The notes under the pieces are model-generated. The model saw only the letters and a program-made list of their open reading frames with translations, made no database searches and had not been told where the DNA came from. A DNA stretch of 64,000 nucleotides from Haliotis cracherodii (Eukaryota): assembly GCF_022045235.1 (NCBI RefSeq), contig NW_027266275.1, positions 73,780,001 to 73,844,000 of the forward strand, given 5' to 3'. Positions within the stretch are counted from its first letter, which is position 1; each line of letters begins with the position of its first letter. Shown piece after piece: positions 11,353 to 23,870 of the stretch. Position numbers and translations under genes: made by a program.

Positions 11353-14194
11353 ATGGCAGAGACTAAAAACTTATCTGTGCCTCGGTCCCGCCACCAGTCG
11401 GCTGAGAGCAGCACGAGCTGTAACACGGAGCACTCCGACAGCTCCTCCTCGTCTGACAGCTCCGTGGAAAGTCTCCCACATGCTCCAGATGGTGGATGGG
11501 GCTGGGTGGTTGTGCTAGGGGCTTTCATAATCTCTGTTGTTTGTGATGGTTGTGCATTTTCCTTCGGAGTCTTGTATACAGAACTTTTAGACCACTTTGG
11601 CGAAAGTAAAAGTAAAACATCATGGGTTGGCTCTCTCTTTGTCGGGGTTCCACTGATTTGTGGACCTCTAGCCAGTGCACTGGTGACCAAATTTGGATGT
11701 CGGAAAATGACAATAGTTGCAGGATTTGTCACATCGGCTGGATTCATCCTCAGTTCGTTTGGAAACTCAATAGAGATGCTGTGCATAACATTTGGATTGG
11801 TTGCAGGAGTAGGTATGTCTTTCTGCTATGTCACTACGGTAGTTATAGTGGCTTTTTACTTTGAACAAAAGAGAGCTCTTGCAACAGGACTAGCTGTGTG
11901 TGGCTCAGGAATAGGAACGTTCATAATTGCTCCTTTGACGGAATATTTGATTGACGAATATGGGTGGAGAGGCACTGTGCTTATTCTGGGAGGCGTGCTC
12001 TTGAACATCATTGTTTGTGGAGCTTTGTTCCGACCACTGAAGTTTACCAGAGCAGAAAGAAGAAGGAGGGCACTGGAACAGTTCGACAAGTTATCCCGAA
12101 CCATTTCGCGCCAAAGCCTGCCCTCACGAGGCCGTAGTCGCTATAGCAGTGAAGTAAGTCACTCAGACAGCTCTGGAGAAGAGACCAAAGACAACCAAAT
12201 TGAACTTGAACAAATATGTCATTCTCAAGTGCAGCTCCCAACTTATGTCAATTCAGACCAAAAGACCGAAATTCCACAAGAGGTTCTTGCCAAATTTCGT
12301 AAAAATGGTTCAAACATCGAACAAACACTTCAAAGATTCTTCCATAGTCTGAATTTCACAGTGACTGATGAGCAGATAAAGACTGCAGAATTATTGACAG
12401 TAACAAGTGATGATCAGATTGTGTTCATGACACAAGAACCTCAGGAAAATAAACTCACCAATGGTGTGTCCAATACAAGCAATGATATTCACCCAAATCG
12501 CCACAAACAGCATCCTCATCGGGGACATGGGGTGTGGCAACGTAAGACACCCGTGAAACCCAGCAAGATGGTGCAGTACCTTCCCCTCTATAGGAAGGAC
12601 ATCTTCTATCGGGGAAACCTCCTTAAATTGTCAGGAACACACTACAGATCCAGCAGCTGCCCAGAGCTCTACATAAGTTCATTTGATGATGATGAAGATG
12701 AGGATGAGGATGATATATTTGAGATATGTCCTCTTTGCAAGATTCTCCGCTTGTCAAAACAAGTGAAGAGGGTGATGAAAACAATGTTTGATGTGAAGAT
12801 TCTCGGTAACCCTTTGTTTTTAGTATTTGCGATCTCCAACTTTATTCTTTATTTCTGGTATGATGTACCATATGTTTTCATGGCTGATAGGGCAACAGAG
12901 CTGGGTATATCAGAGGAGAAGGCATCGCTGATAATCTCCGTGATTGGCATAGTCAACACATTTGGCCAGGTGCTGTACGGATACCTGGGTGACAAGAACC
13001 TCAGCCTCAACCTGCTGTATGCTGTGTCCTGCATCCTGTCCGGGGTCAGTGTCCTGCTGGTGCCGCTGATGCAATCCTACTGGTACATGTGCACCCTAGC
13101 GGGCAGCTTTGGCTTCTTCATCGGCTCCAACTACGCCCTGACCACAGTCATGCTGGTGGAGTTCCTGGGGATAGATAAACTGACCAACGCCTGCGGATTG
13201 CTGATGATGATTCAGGGAATTGCCAATCTGATTGGACCCCCTGTTGCTGGTAAGTGGAACCTTTTATACTCAGCATATGAGGATTTTTCTTAATTCTTGT
13301 TGGGTGAAGCTGATTTCTGGTGCCCCTCTGTGATATGTCTGGAATGTTGCTAAAAGTCAAAGCGGCATAAAACCGTACTCACTCACTAATTCTTGTTGTT
13401 ATTTGCTTATGTTTAAACATAATTATTTGAAACCTAATGTGACAGTATTAAATGTGAATATATTTTAGCTCACCTGACGAAAAGTCACGCCACCTGCTTA
13501 TATGGTGTCCGTTTAGGGCAGCAGCATCTGTAAACATCTTCTCAGAACCCCCTGTACCAATGAAGCTGAAACTTCTCATATCCACCAATGATGACATAGC
13601 AACCATACTGAAAATTATATTTATGGCATTACTCAGTCATTTGTGTTAACATTAATGAAATGTGCACCTTTTTGTGAACTTGTTGTGTCATAGAATGTAA
13701 GAGAAATTCTTTCTCAAGATGACCCTAAGTGAACCATGCCTCCCTGTCTTGTTCAAACCTGTATTTTTGGGGACAATTTCTTTTTCTCGATAAAATCTCA
13801 TCCCCTGCCAGAATATCAAATAGAATATGGTTGTTCCCTTAGTAGATTTAAATTGTCTATGGATGGTAATCAAAACTAATGTGTCTACCATATCTACAGA
13901 CAAGCAGAGAAAAATTGGTAAGGAGCTTTATGGATATGATGGCCACTGTTGTCTCCCACAGGTTGGATGTATGATGAAACGAAGAGTTACGATGCCACGT
14001 TCTATGCTGCTGGTGCTTTCATCATCATAGCTGGAGCCATGCTGCTTGTCATCAAGTGTCTGAAGCGAGTGAGGAAGTGGCAGCGGATGCGTCACTACAA
14101 CCGAGATATTGTAGTGAAGGCATCCTCGAGTGGGAGGCGGGTGCACATACAGGAACCCAGCTGTGTGGTAGTGGAGATTGAGTCTGTAGTGTGA
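11353..14194 (+). CDS. SLC16 monocarboxylate transporter (MCT12/14-like), ~709 aa; coding exons 11353-13249 and 13962-14194
   Basis: PDGGWGWVVV MCT motif, YFEQKRALATGLAVCGSG, two 6-TM bundles with a long central loop; GTAAGT donor at 13250 and CAG acceptor at 13961 join in frame (PPVAG-WMYD). Confidence 0.92.
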
Positions 14195-14404
14195 GCTCAC
14201 CTGTCAGTTTAGTTCACCTGTAGTTCACCTATAGTTTACCCATAGTTCACCCAGTAGCTAAATACACCTGTGTGTTTGGTACCCATACCAGATAAGTACA
14301 CCTGTCACATGATACACCTGTGAAGTAGGTTCTCAGCAATATGTTCTGATGACTGTCTCAGGGATATGTGGTTGTGTGCTGACCGAGGATAAGACACTCG
14401 GTAC

Positions 14405-14590
14405 TGTGGGTGCATGCCACATGGTCTTGGATGAGGCCATGGTGACTTGTGAGTTGCATGACACATGGTCTCGGGTGTTGTCATGGTGACGTGAGTTGCA
14501 TGCCACATGGTCTCGGGTGTTGTCATGGTGACGTGAGTTACATGCCACATGGTCTCTGGTGAGGTCATTGTGTCGTGTCAGTTGCATGGT
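14405..14590. repeat. ~42-bp tandem repeat just downstream of the MCT stop codon
   Basis: CATGCCACATGGTCTCGGGTGTTGTCATGGTGACGTGAGTTG, about 4 copies. Confidence 0.85.
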
Positions 14591-15619
14591 TTAGAATGAG
14601 GCTGTGGGTATCTCAAGTTTGTTATAATAGTACTTGTCTCAGATCTCACTTTAAATGATATGTCTCACATTATGTACCCTAACAGCTAGCTGATTTTTAA
14701 TCATACTATTGTGTATTGACTGTAAAGTCATATAGACCATAGGTCAAGTGAGTTTATATAATGGGCTACTTGTTTGAAATCTGTTCACAAAACTTTGGTT
14801 CCATTTCCATCTATTCCTTCAGAAACATGGGAAGGCTTCTCATATGGGTATTACATAGTTCAACTCAACATTCATATTCTGTTTTGGTCTGCAGACCATA
14901 AGTTTTGTCTTTGATTAACCAGAACATATACTGGTTAGCACTATTTTTTGTATTTTATTTTATTGATATTGACAGAAGTATTGTTTGGTGCTTAAAGCTG
15001 TTATTGTTACACAGATGCTGACTTCTTTGTGTTTAATGCCATTGTTTATGATAATTATTATCATGCTTGTGTTGCAAGAAAATTTCACTTTAGTTAATGT
15101 CTTTGTTATTTTACTCACCCTGAGCAATTGGTGTGATGACAGGGAACCTTTATCTCTTGTCAATCAAGCCTTTTTAGATTTTTTTAATGAAGCTATTGTA
15201 TGTTTTATCTTTAGATCATGAGAGCTTGTTCAAGCGATTCCTCTCTGTGTTTTAGGACTGTATCTCTGACATCTTTGGCTTTAAGATATTCACCTACCTA
15301 TCTCGAGAAAAAATATCAAAATACCTGTCCTTCTTGCCATCTTTATTTTATCTCAAGTGTTGTCGATAAGTGAATAGCGGTTTGTTCTTAAGCTTAATTG
15401 ACACATGTTTTATATCTTATTTCAATGATGATGACAAAGCTTTAGAAGCAGCAAACATTTTTTAAGTTTGTGAAGTCAATCAATAGTGTCTCCCTTTTCC
15501 GATTCCAAAGAGCCGACAAATCAAATGTACTCTCTATGAGTCAAATCTGTTGCAACATGATCTATTCTTCACATTTTTTTACTTATCATTGCTTGTTTCC
15601 TCCTCTTCAAGACTTAAGT

Positions 15620-15901
15620 GAGTGAGTGAGTGAGTGGGGTTTAACGCCGCTTTTGACAGTATTCCAGTTATATCACAGTGTGACAGCTTAATGTGGGAGG
15701 AAAGCCCCAAGTGATGCAGGTCTCAGACGTTTACCACTTCGGTGAAACCCATTAGCATGGGTGTGGTGCTGACAGACCTAGAAACATAATCGGGGCGAAC
15801 CAGGATTTGAACCCACAATCATAGGTTTCTGGCCTGCCCAAGGGACGCAACTCTGCACAGCGAATCGCCGCGCCTTAGACAACTGAGCCACCCGTGCCCC
15901 C
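15620..15901 (-). mobile_element. tRNA-derived SINE, family C
   Basis: flanking direct repeat CTTCAAGACTTAAGTGAG; (TGAG)n tail; homologous copies at 29706-29984 and 49592-49860. Confidence 0.85.
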
Positions 15902-17789
15902 CTTCAAGACTTAAGTGAGAGCAAAAATTGAATATCCTTTATCTCTGAAAATGAATGACACATTAGTAATAGGTGTCCATTTTAAATATGGGGGGATATG
16001 GGTAGACCAGTTCTCTAAGGTGCCACAGTGCACTGTTCAGAGTTGCATCCCTAAGGCTTGCCAGAATCTTATGATCGTGGGTTTGAATCTTTGCCCGAAT
16101 TGTGGTTCTAGGTTTGTCAGTTTGTTTGAGCTACTGTTCAAAGTTTTTAAATCTAACTCACTCATGTCAATCACAGTGAAGCATGTTCTGTTGGTCTGTC
16201 CCACAACCATCAGAACATGTAAAGATCCCATTCTCTAGTTGGATAAGAGACATTTTCAGTAATGTGGTTTTAGTATCTCACTATGAATATTAATCATCAT
16301 AATTATCAGGCGATGTTTTCTCTTGTGTTCAGGATCAAGCTCTAATTTGATGTTGATCTGAAATTTTCTTACTTTGGACATGTACTGATATAAGGATTGT
16401 TGCATATCCCACATAAATCTCTCCATAATAAGTTTGTTATCTTTCATGTTACCCAGTATTCTACTACCTTCTTGTTGTATGTTGTGCATGCTAATCTCAC
16501 TGGCAGAAGATTTGGTAGATGACAGTACCAGTGGTGGTCAAACCAGTTTGCCAGTTTAGAATAGGGCAATTTATACACAGTATTCTGAAAGTGCAGGATC
16601 TGTTGGCTTATTGGGTATTTTACATTAATGGCCTCTACCTGCTACCTGAAACATTTCATCCAAACCCATCCCTTGAACCATAAAGATATGTACGAAATGA
16701 ACATACATGTACTTGTTTCATGAAGTAATTTTGTCCATTGCCAGAAAACTCTTGATTTGATCAGGTTGTCTGATGACATATTGCTTAGAAAACAGTTAAG
16801 AGCTGTCAGAAAGCAATGGACCATCAGTACTGGAGTGCAGTATGGCCTGTTTATTATGTCTACATTTAACATTTGCAGGGATACATTATGAGCTGTTAAT
16901 AGGTATGGACATGTTTGTTTGCTTATGCCCCCAGTACGTCCCAGCACATACATTCCTGGTTGACAACCACATCCTCTCCCCTCCCCCAAACCACACCCAC
17001 ATTCACTCATACCCCATTAAGATCTCCTTCTGACTAAAGCAGATGTTACTCTGTGGAAAATCTGATCTGAGGACATTTTGCCATATTCAGTAGGTGTGTT
17101 GTCCAACATTTTCCTGTGTTTACGTTGCAACCTGGGCCCCTTTCCACAAAGCTATCTTAAAGCTATGGTGGTCATAACACCCATACTTAACATAGACTTA
17201 CCACAGTCGGAGCTAAGATTGCTTTGTTGAACTGGGCACTGATCATGTTGTTGGTTCATGTAACAATTTCATTTATTGATGACTTCATTTTCAAGGAAAA
17301 TAAAAAAAAAAAATTTTTGCATCATGCATCAAAATTGCCATTACAGTTAAAGTAGATTCATTAGAAGAAAGATATTCATAGTGATGCAATGCATATACTG
17401 CCGGGTATATGTGGAATGATGCAATTGTTTGGCTCTGTGTAGGGAACAGAATACACTAGAGAGCGTGTATACAAACGAACAGTGACACTGATCAGTGCTG
17501 TGTTCACTGCATGAATGATACATGTTTCAAGAAATATTTCTCTATTCCAAATATGCAAAAAAAAAACCTAGGCCAGAGAAATGCAAGTCTGATCATGTTC
17601 CTTCAACTTAACCTTAGTCAGGACTATTTCTGTCACACTCTACTGTGACCTGTCACAATGGTGTCTTGAATTCCGTGTTCTTACATCTCTTTTCATCTAA
17701 TGCACTTTCTCATTCACATTCTAGTGTACTATAGCACTGTGGTAGGGAGGTAGCTTTCTCTTCATATTATGTACATATTGCATAAAAAT

Positions 17790-18430
17790 GTTGTTTGGGT
17801 AGCTCTCCTATGTGAGTGCTGGACACATCAGTTGTTTGACTAGCTATACTGTGAGAGTGATGGTCAGCTCAGTTGTTTGACTAGCTCTGCTGTATGAGTG
17901 TGTCACATCAGTTGTTTGACTATCTCTGCTGTGTGAGTGGTGGATACATCAGTTGTTTGACTAGCTCTACTGTGAGTGGTGGACACATCAGTTGTTTGAC
18001 TAGCTCTGCTGTATGAGTGGTGGATACATCAGTTGTTTGACTAGCTCTACTGTGAGTGGTGGACACATCAGTTGTGTGACTAGCTCTGCTGTATGAGTGG
18101 TGGATACATCAGTTGTTTGATTAGCTCTGCTGTATGAGTGGTGGATACATCAGTTGTTTGACTAGCTCTACTGTATGAGTGTTGGTTCGATAAGATGTTT
18201 GACTCCCTCTACTGTGAGAGTGATGGTCAACTCAGTTGTTTGACTAGCTCTGCTGTATGAGTGGTGGACACATCAGTTGTTTGACTAGCTCTGCTGTATG
18301 AGTGGTGGATACATCAGTTGTTTGACTAGCTCTACTGTATGAGTGTTGGTTCGATAAGATGTTTGACTCCCTCTACTGTGAGAGTGATGGTCAACTCAGT
18401 TGTTTGACTAGCTCTGCTTTATGAGTGTGA
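17790..18430. repeat. ~40-bp minisatellite with higher-order structure
   Basis: ACATCAGTTGTTTGACTAGCTCTGCTGTATGAGTGGTGGA, about 15 copies; a variant unit (TTCGATAAGATG) recurs at an interval of ~164 bp. Confidence 0.9.
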
Positions 18431-18966
18431 GTCACCCAGAAAGAGAGTATAAATCTCATAATTTAGTAAAGGTATTTAATCCCACGTGTAGCTGATTTGG
18501 TGTTATCGTCTTGCATTTATTCATATGTTGTTTATCTTAATTCCGAGGCCTTTTTCAAAAATATGTTTTGAGTTTATTGTGTCTAAAAGGAAGTCCTATT
18601 TTGATTTGAATTTGTTAGCTGAATACATGTCTTTTTGAGACACTGGGACTCTGATAACATCTTCTTCAGTGAGTTAGTGCCAAACAGTCCTTCCAGATTA
18701 GATAGTCTTTGAGTAGCACTCCAGGAGGAGAGCCGTTATTCCATTACTTGGTGTTTGCAATATTTTTCTGTCCCTGTAACCTTCACCTTCTTATATTCAG
18801 TCTGGTTAAACCATAAATGTATATGCATGTGTCAATGAATTGTGTATACCATGAAATGGGTATTATGATTTCTGAAGGATATCACATGAATTAGTTTGAG
18901 CTGGAATTGTATAAATGCAAACTAAAATGATGGGCTGAAAAACATCAGAGCATCAGGAAGAGAATT

Positions 18967-19220
18967 TATGGATGTCAACTTCTGTATTATGAGGAACATA
19001 GCATTTTGGAGCATATACTTACTCCTTCATCAAGAGATGGATGTCAACTTCTTTATTATGAAGGACACAACGTTTCAGAGTATATATATACTTACCCCTT
19101 CATCAGGTGATGAAGGAGTAAGTATGTACTCTGAAACATTGTATTCATCATAATAAAGAAGTTGACATCCATAGATTCTCTTCCTTATGTGTATCACTTC
19201 TCAATGCCATTCAAAGACTT
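18967..19220. mobile_element. Penelope-like terminal repeats in inverted arrangement
   Basis: two minus-strand copies then one plus-strand copy of the 8161-8280 repeat. Confidence 0.55.
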
Positions 19221-21672
19221 GATCAGAGCATCAGCTTGTTATGTAGATCAGAAACCACAATGGTATTACTTTGTTGCATTTCTAGGTAGTCCAAGCTCAA
19301 GTTTGGATGCAAATTGTATTGCAAGTTTTACATGTGAGTTTTGTTGAGAAACACTACAGAATTGTGACAGTCATTCTCCCGGTGTTAAGATAAGATAAGA
19401 TGAGACTTTATTTTGCCAAGGCAATATGAATTTCCCTTGGGATAATCATGTCTTATCTTATCTTCTCTTAAGGAGTTCCTTGTTCCTCTCTGCCACTTGG
19501 AGGATACTATAGAAAACTTCCACACAATGTAATGAACTCATCTCACCATTCTGATCATCCTCTCCTGAAGAACATCAGAACAAAGCAAAGAAAACATTTC
19601 CACAGCTATTTAAAAAAAAAAATTGTTTTCTTGAGGAAAGATTTTAACTAGACTTGGTGTTATCTTAAGTTCTTAAATGCAAGTTAAGCTACACTGGCTG
19701 TACATCATGGTACATAGGGGTGAAGGTTTGGTCATGTGGTTTTTAGAAAAGACACTCTAGGGTTGCATAAGATTAAATTTTGACATAAATTCAGTGTTAA
19801 TATTGGACCAACAGCTGAGCATGGCCTCAAGCAAATAATCTAGTTCTTATTTCTGATGACCGTTTCATTTATGTTCCTTTGCTTCCAGTGGAACAGTTTG
19901 ACCAGTTAATTATTGTAAGAGGCAGTTCATTGTATTGAAATATAGGGATTTTCAGTGGTGTTTTCCATGTGCTTTTTTAGACAGGGTAGTGAGTGATCTG
20001 GTGGGAGATGTGATGATGTGACAGTGTGTGGAAGGCTGATCTCAGAGGTTATTGGTGGATAGATCTGTGTTGTGAAGATGGCTGTAGATCTGACTGATGG
20101 TTGTACTGTTGATAGCGGACATCAGGATGTCAGCTAGATGGATGTGAGATCTCTCAGGAAATTGTGATGGTGTCTTGCCTTCAGAGCTAAAGCTGTGTTA
20201 TATAACTTGAACATATTGCAGAACAGGTCATTCCAATGTACAAGTTTGTCCTTGCTTTTGCTACTGCTAAGTAGAGAGGTTGTCATAAGTGACCTTTTAT
20301 AGCTGTTTTCTGTATGCACATACCCATGAACTGTCCTTTAATAATTGTAAGTGGAAATGTTAGTATAACTATAGAGTTGTCTCTGGTTATCTATCAATAA
20401 CTGTAACTTTAGTTCGCATTTTTTACTAAGCCATTGAAAATAGAATATGAGGAAGAGTTCAAAATTGATTGGAACCAGAGGAATAGAAAGTATTAAGAGC
20501 ATAATATGTCTTAGTCTTTTAGGGTAGGTGAGATAGTGAAATATTTTGTGTTTGCTGAAACTGTGAAATGTTCAATGATGCTATTTTACTGCCTTAACCA
20601 TATATGCCTGTGGCTTGGCTATCTCGCCTTGCTGAGCGCCAGGTGCCCTTGCTTGCTCACCCGCTACTGTGATACCAGAACTCTCTCTGTGAAATGCTTC
20701 ATTTCATTATCTGTACCTCAAAAAGCCTCTGCATGGTATAGGACAAGCACAGGCATCTTATGTTTTGTCTGAAATTTGATTGTGAAAAACTTGCATGTTC
20801 TGCTTTATGTCACACAAGTCAGACTGATTGGTTAAAATGCAACTTCAATAATGTTCTGTTAGCATCTACATTCTTTGTTTGTTGTGTGAAGTAGGCGTGG
20901 TTGTTGATGAAGCGGCCATTGTCTATTCTGCATCCACAGATGCTTATTATCCTGTCGCTGCTTAGCTAGAAACTGGGAATGTTATAAATGGAGACAGTCC
21001 GAGTGAGACACCCCGAGTGCTTTTGTCTCAAGAGGAGCTGTGATATGGTCCAGAAGGTGACGTGATCATCAGACGTATAGTGTTTTAGTGCTGGTTATGT
21101 ACCAAGCAGGGAAATGTCACATCACAGACGTGATTGACACATGAGATGCGATGTCAGGGTAGCAAGATAAGTATGACTTACGTAGCCGGATTTGTATTTT
21201 TCTATCACTGCATAGTTGTGTTGGTAAGCAATCCTGATGTACACATATGACTGTTATGCTGCAGCTCTCTGGTCCTAGAATGTCCTTTACCAGCCCTGCT
21301 GTGTATATATTGTACATCACCATCCTTGTGCCAACACCATCAGTGAATGGTACAGTGTTCCTGTTCATGGTTAGAATAGAGTTTTCCTTGACAGCTCATT
21401 GCTGTGTCACCAGGGTGCCATTGTACAAAGCGATCTTAGCACTAAGGTGATCATAACTCCCATACCTTAATATAGACTTACAACAGTCGTAACGCTAAGG
21501 TTGTTTTGTACGGTACAGTGGCACCTAGGTCTTATTCGACATGTTATTGGTGTAAGTCATACCAAAGTTGAAGTGGAGTGCTTTGTAACTTTACAAACAC
21601 AAAAATTTATATACCTTGTCTCGTCTTGGTGATCTAGGTCTGTTTTACACTATGGGAGTTACAATGGTCTTA

Positions 21673-21795
21673 ACAGGGCATAGGTACAATGGACACAGGG
21701 CATAGGTACAGTGGAGAGGGCATTGGTACAATGGACACAGGGCATAGGTACAATGGACACAGGGAATAGGTACAATGGACGCAGGGCATAGGTTC
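21673..21795. repeat. 21-bp tandem repeat
   Basis: ACAGGGCATAGGTACAATGGAC, 5-6 copies. Confidence 0.85.
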
Positions 21796-22395
21796 ACAGG
21801 GAGCTGTCAGTTCGCGGGGCAGAACTATTTTGTTATGCATCGAAGTTGTTGAACATGTTGAACATGTTTATTATGTTTGTTTTAGTGTTGTTACTTTATT
21901 ATTTTGTACCCAAGGGGGCATAATGTATTTGTGGATGACAATGGGGTTTCCAGTTATTCAACAGTATGACTTGTATAACATTTTATTTAACCAGGTTGTT
22001 TATTAGAATATATAAACAATTTGCTGTGTTATATCCATTTCTAACTTTTCACTTCAACTTGTGAAATCCAAGTGCATATCCCTGTACAATACTTACTACT
22101 TGTTTTATTGTCTTATGAGAATAAACTTTAAAGGCAGCCTGCTTTGTTTTGGTCTTCATCCTACTGGTAGTGTTGTGGTAGTGGTAGCCTAGTGGTTAGA
22201 TTGTTCAGTCATCATACAGAAGATATGTTACCCAACCTGCATGCTCTGTGTGAAGCCTGTCTGTGGTGTACCCTCCTTGATAATGTTGATATGTTGTTAA
22301 AGGCTGTGTAAGACCATGCTTCCTCCCTTGACCTATAGTGTTTTATACCAACTGCTCAAGAGGTGTCAGTGGTATCCTGGACATTTGTAATAATG

Positions 22396-22545
22396 AGGGC
22401 GGTGGGGTAGCCCTGTGGTTACAGCATCTGCTCGTCACCCTAAAGACCTGGGTACAACTTGTAAAGCCCATTACTGGTGTCCCGTGTCCCCCCACAGTGA
22501 TATTGCTGGAATATTGCTAAAATCGGCGTAAAGCCATACTCACTA
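22396..22545 (+). mobile_element. degenerate family A SINE
   Basis: same head and tail as the 890 copy; further fragments near 13300, 22170 and 22570(-). Confidence 0.7.
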
Positions 22546-23352
22546 TTGTAATAATGAGACTAATGTTAGTTCCGGAATCAAACCTGGGTCTTCGGCGTGA
22601 CGAGCGAACGCTTTAACCACAAGGCTACCCGACCACTCCTTCGTTTGTTGTAAGATCTGAGGAGGGGATCTAGTGCTTAATTCGGTACATTGACTGGTTC
22701 CATGTCCTATGGAGTAGATGGCATCTCATGCCTTCAGCCACTGGTTTCTCTGGACTAGTCTGGCTATAACTGGACTCTGGCGTAAAACAGCATTCACTCA
22801 CAATGGTAAGTTAGCAGATGATATCTTTTAAAGGAATATACTTTTATTTACAGGGTCTGTTAGGAAAAGTCCTCTTCGAATCACCACACCAGTCAGTCAG
22901 CGCAGGGAATGAGTGTAGTTGGGGGAATAAGGTAAACATTAAGAAAGTCCATGGATGTTGAAAAAGGAAGTTTATGGTATGATCCCAAACAGGTCACCGA
23001 TTTGTCGAGTGTTAAATTATCTAGATGAGGTGAGCTTCTGTACCTGTGTTACCCTTGATGTACCATACAATAGCAAGTACATGGATACAAAGTTTGTTAT
23101 TCCTTCTAATGTCTTGATGTAGTTTCCTTAACCATTATCAGCCTGTGAAGATCCGTGGTAGAATAGGTCTTCAGCAACCCATACTTGCTATTCATGTCAT
23201 CGTATCCCAATTGTGTTAATCGATGCTCATGATGTCAATCAATGGATTGTCTGGTCCAGAATAGATTATTCCAGACTACCGTCATATAGCTCGAATATTG
23301 TTGAATGCAACGTTAAACAACAAACAAACCATAACCCTTATCAATATGTGTC

Positions 23353-23353
<1 letters not shown>

Positions 23354-23384
<31 letters not shown>

Positions 23385-23386
23385 GA

Positions 23387-23418
<32 letters not shown>

Positions 23419-23427
23419 TAGTAGTAT
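23354..23427. repeat. compound microsatellite (ATT)n(GCA)n(GTA)n
   Basis: seen directly. Confidence 0.95.
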
Positions 23428-23870
23428 TTTTACAAATGAATTCTGTACATCCTACATCAAAACCATCTTTAAACAGGTTCGAAAATGTCTATTTCGGTGG
23501 TCATATTGACATCATATATCTCTTTCTGAGACTTATTCAGTTAGGATGCCATAAAAGGATTTGTTTTAAGCAACATTGATGGACACTTGAAGGGATGATC
23601 CCTGCAAAGTTTAAACATTGTATACGCAACGGTTTAAGAGAAAATGGCAAACGTGATCGTCATATTGAAACAACAGCAGGCATACATCTGTACAACAATA
23701 GTACTTTAATAACACTATTTTTATATATTAGAACGTCCACAAATAGTGTGTGCCTGTTTTCATGTGCACAAAAGTAACATCAATAATGGAGGAAGGTTGC
23801 ATTCGATGACAAGCATCTGGCGACGCCTGAATCGTGTTGCCAGTAGGTGTCACTTGATGGCTATCCAGCA

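Noticed and set aside
17790-18430. CRISPR-like repeat array
   Set aside because: No unique spacers, eukaryotic context and no cas genes; it is a minisatellite.
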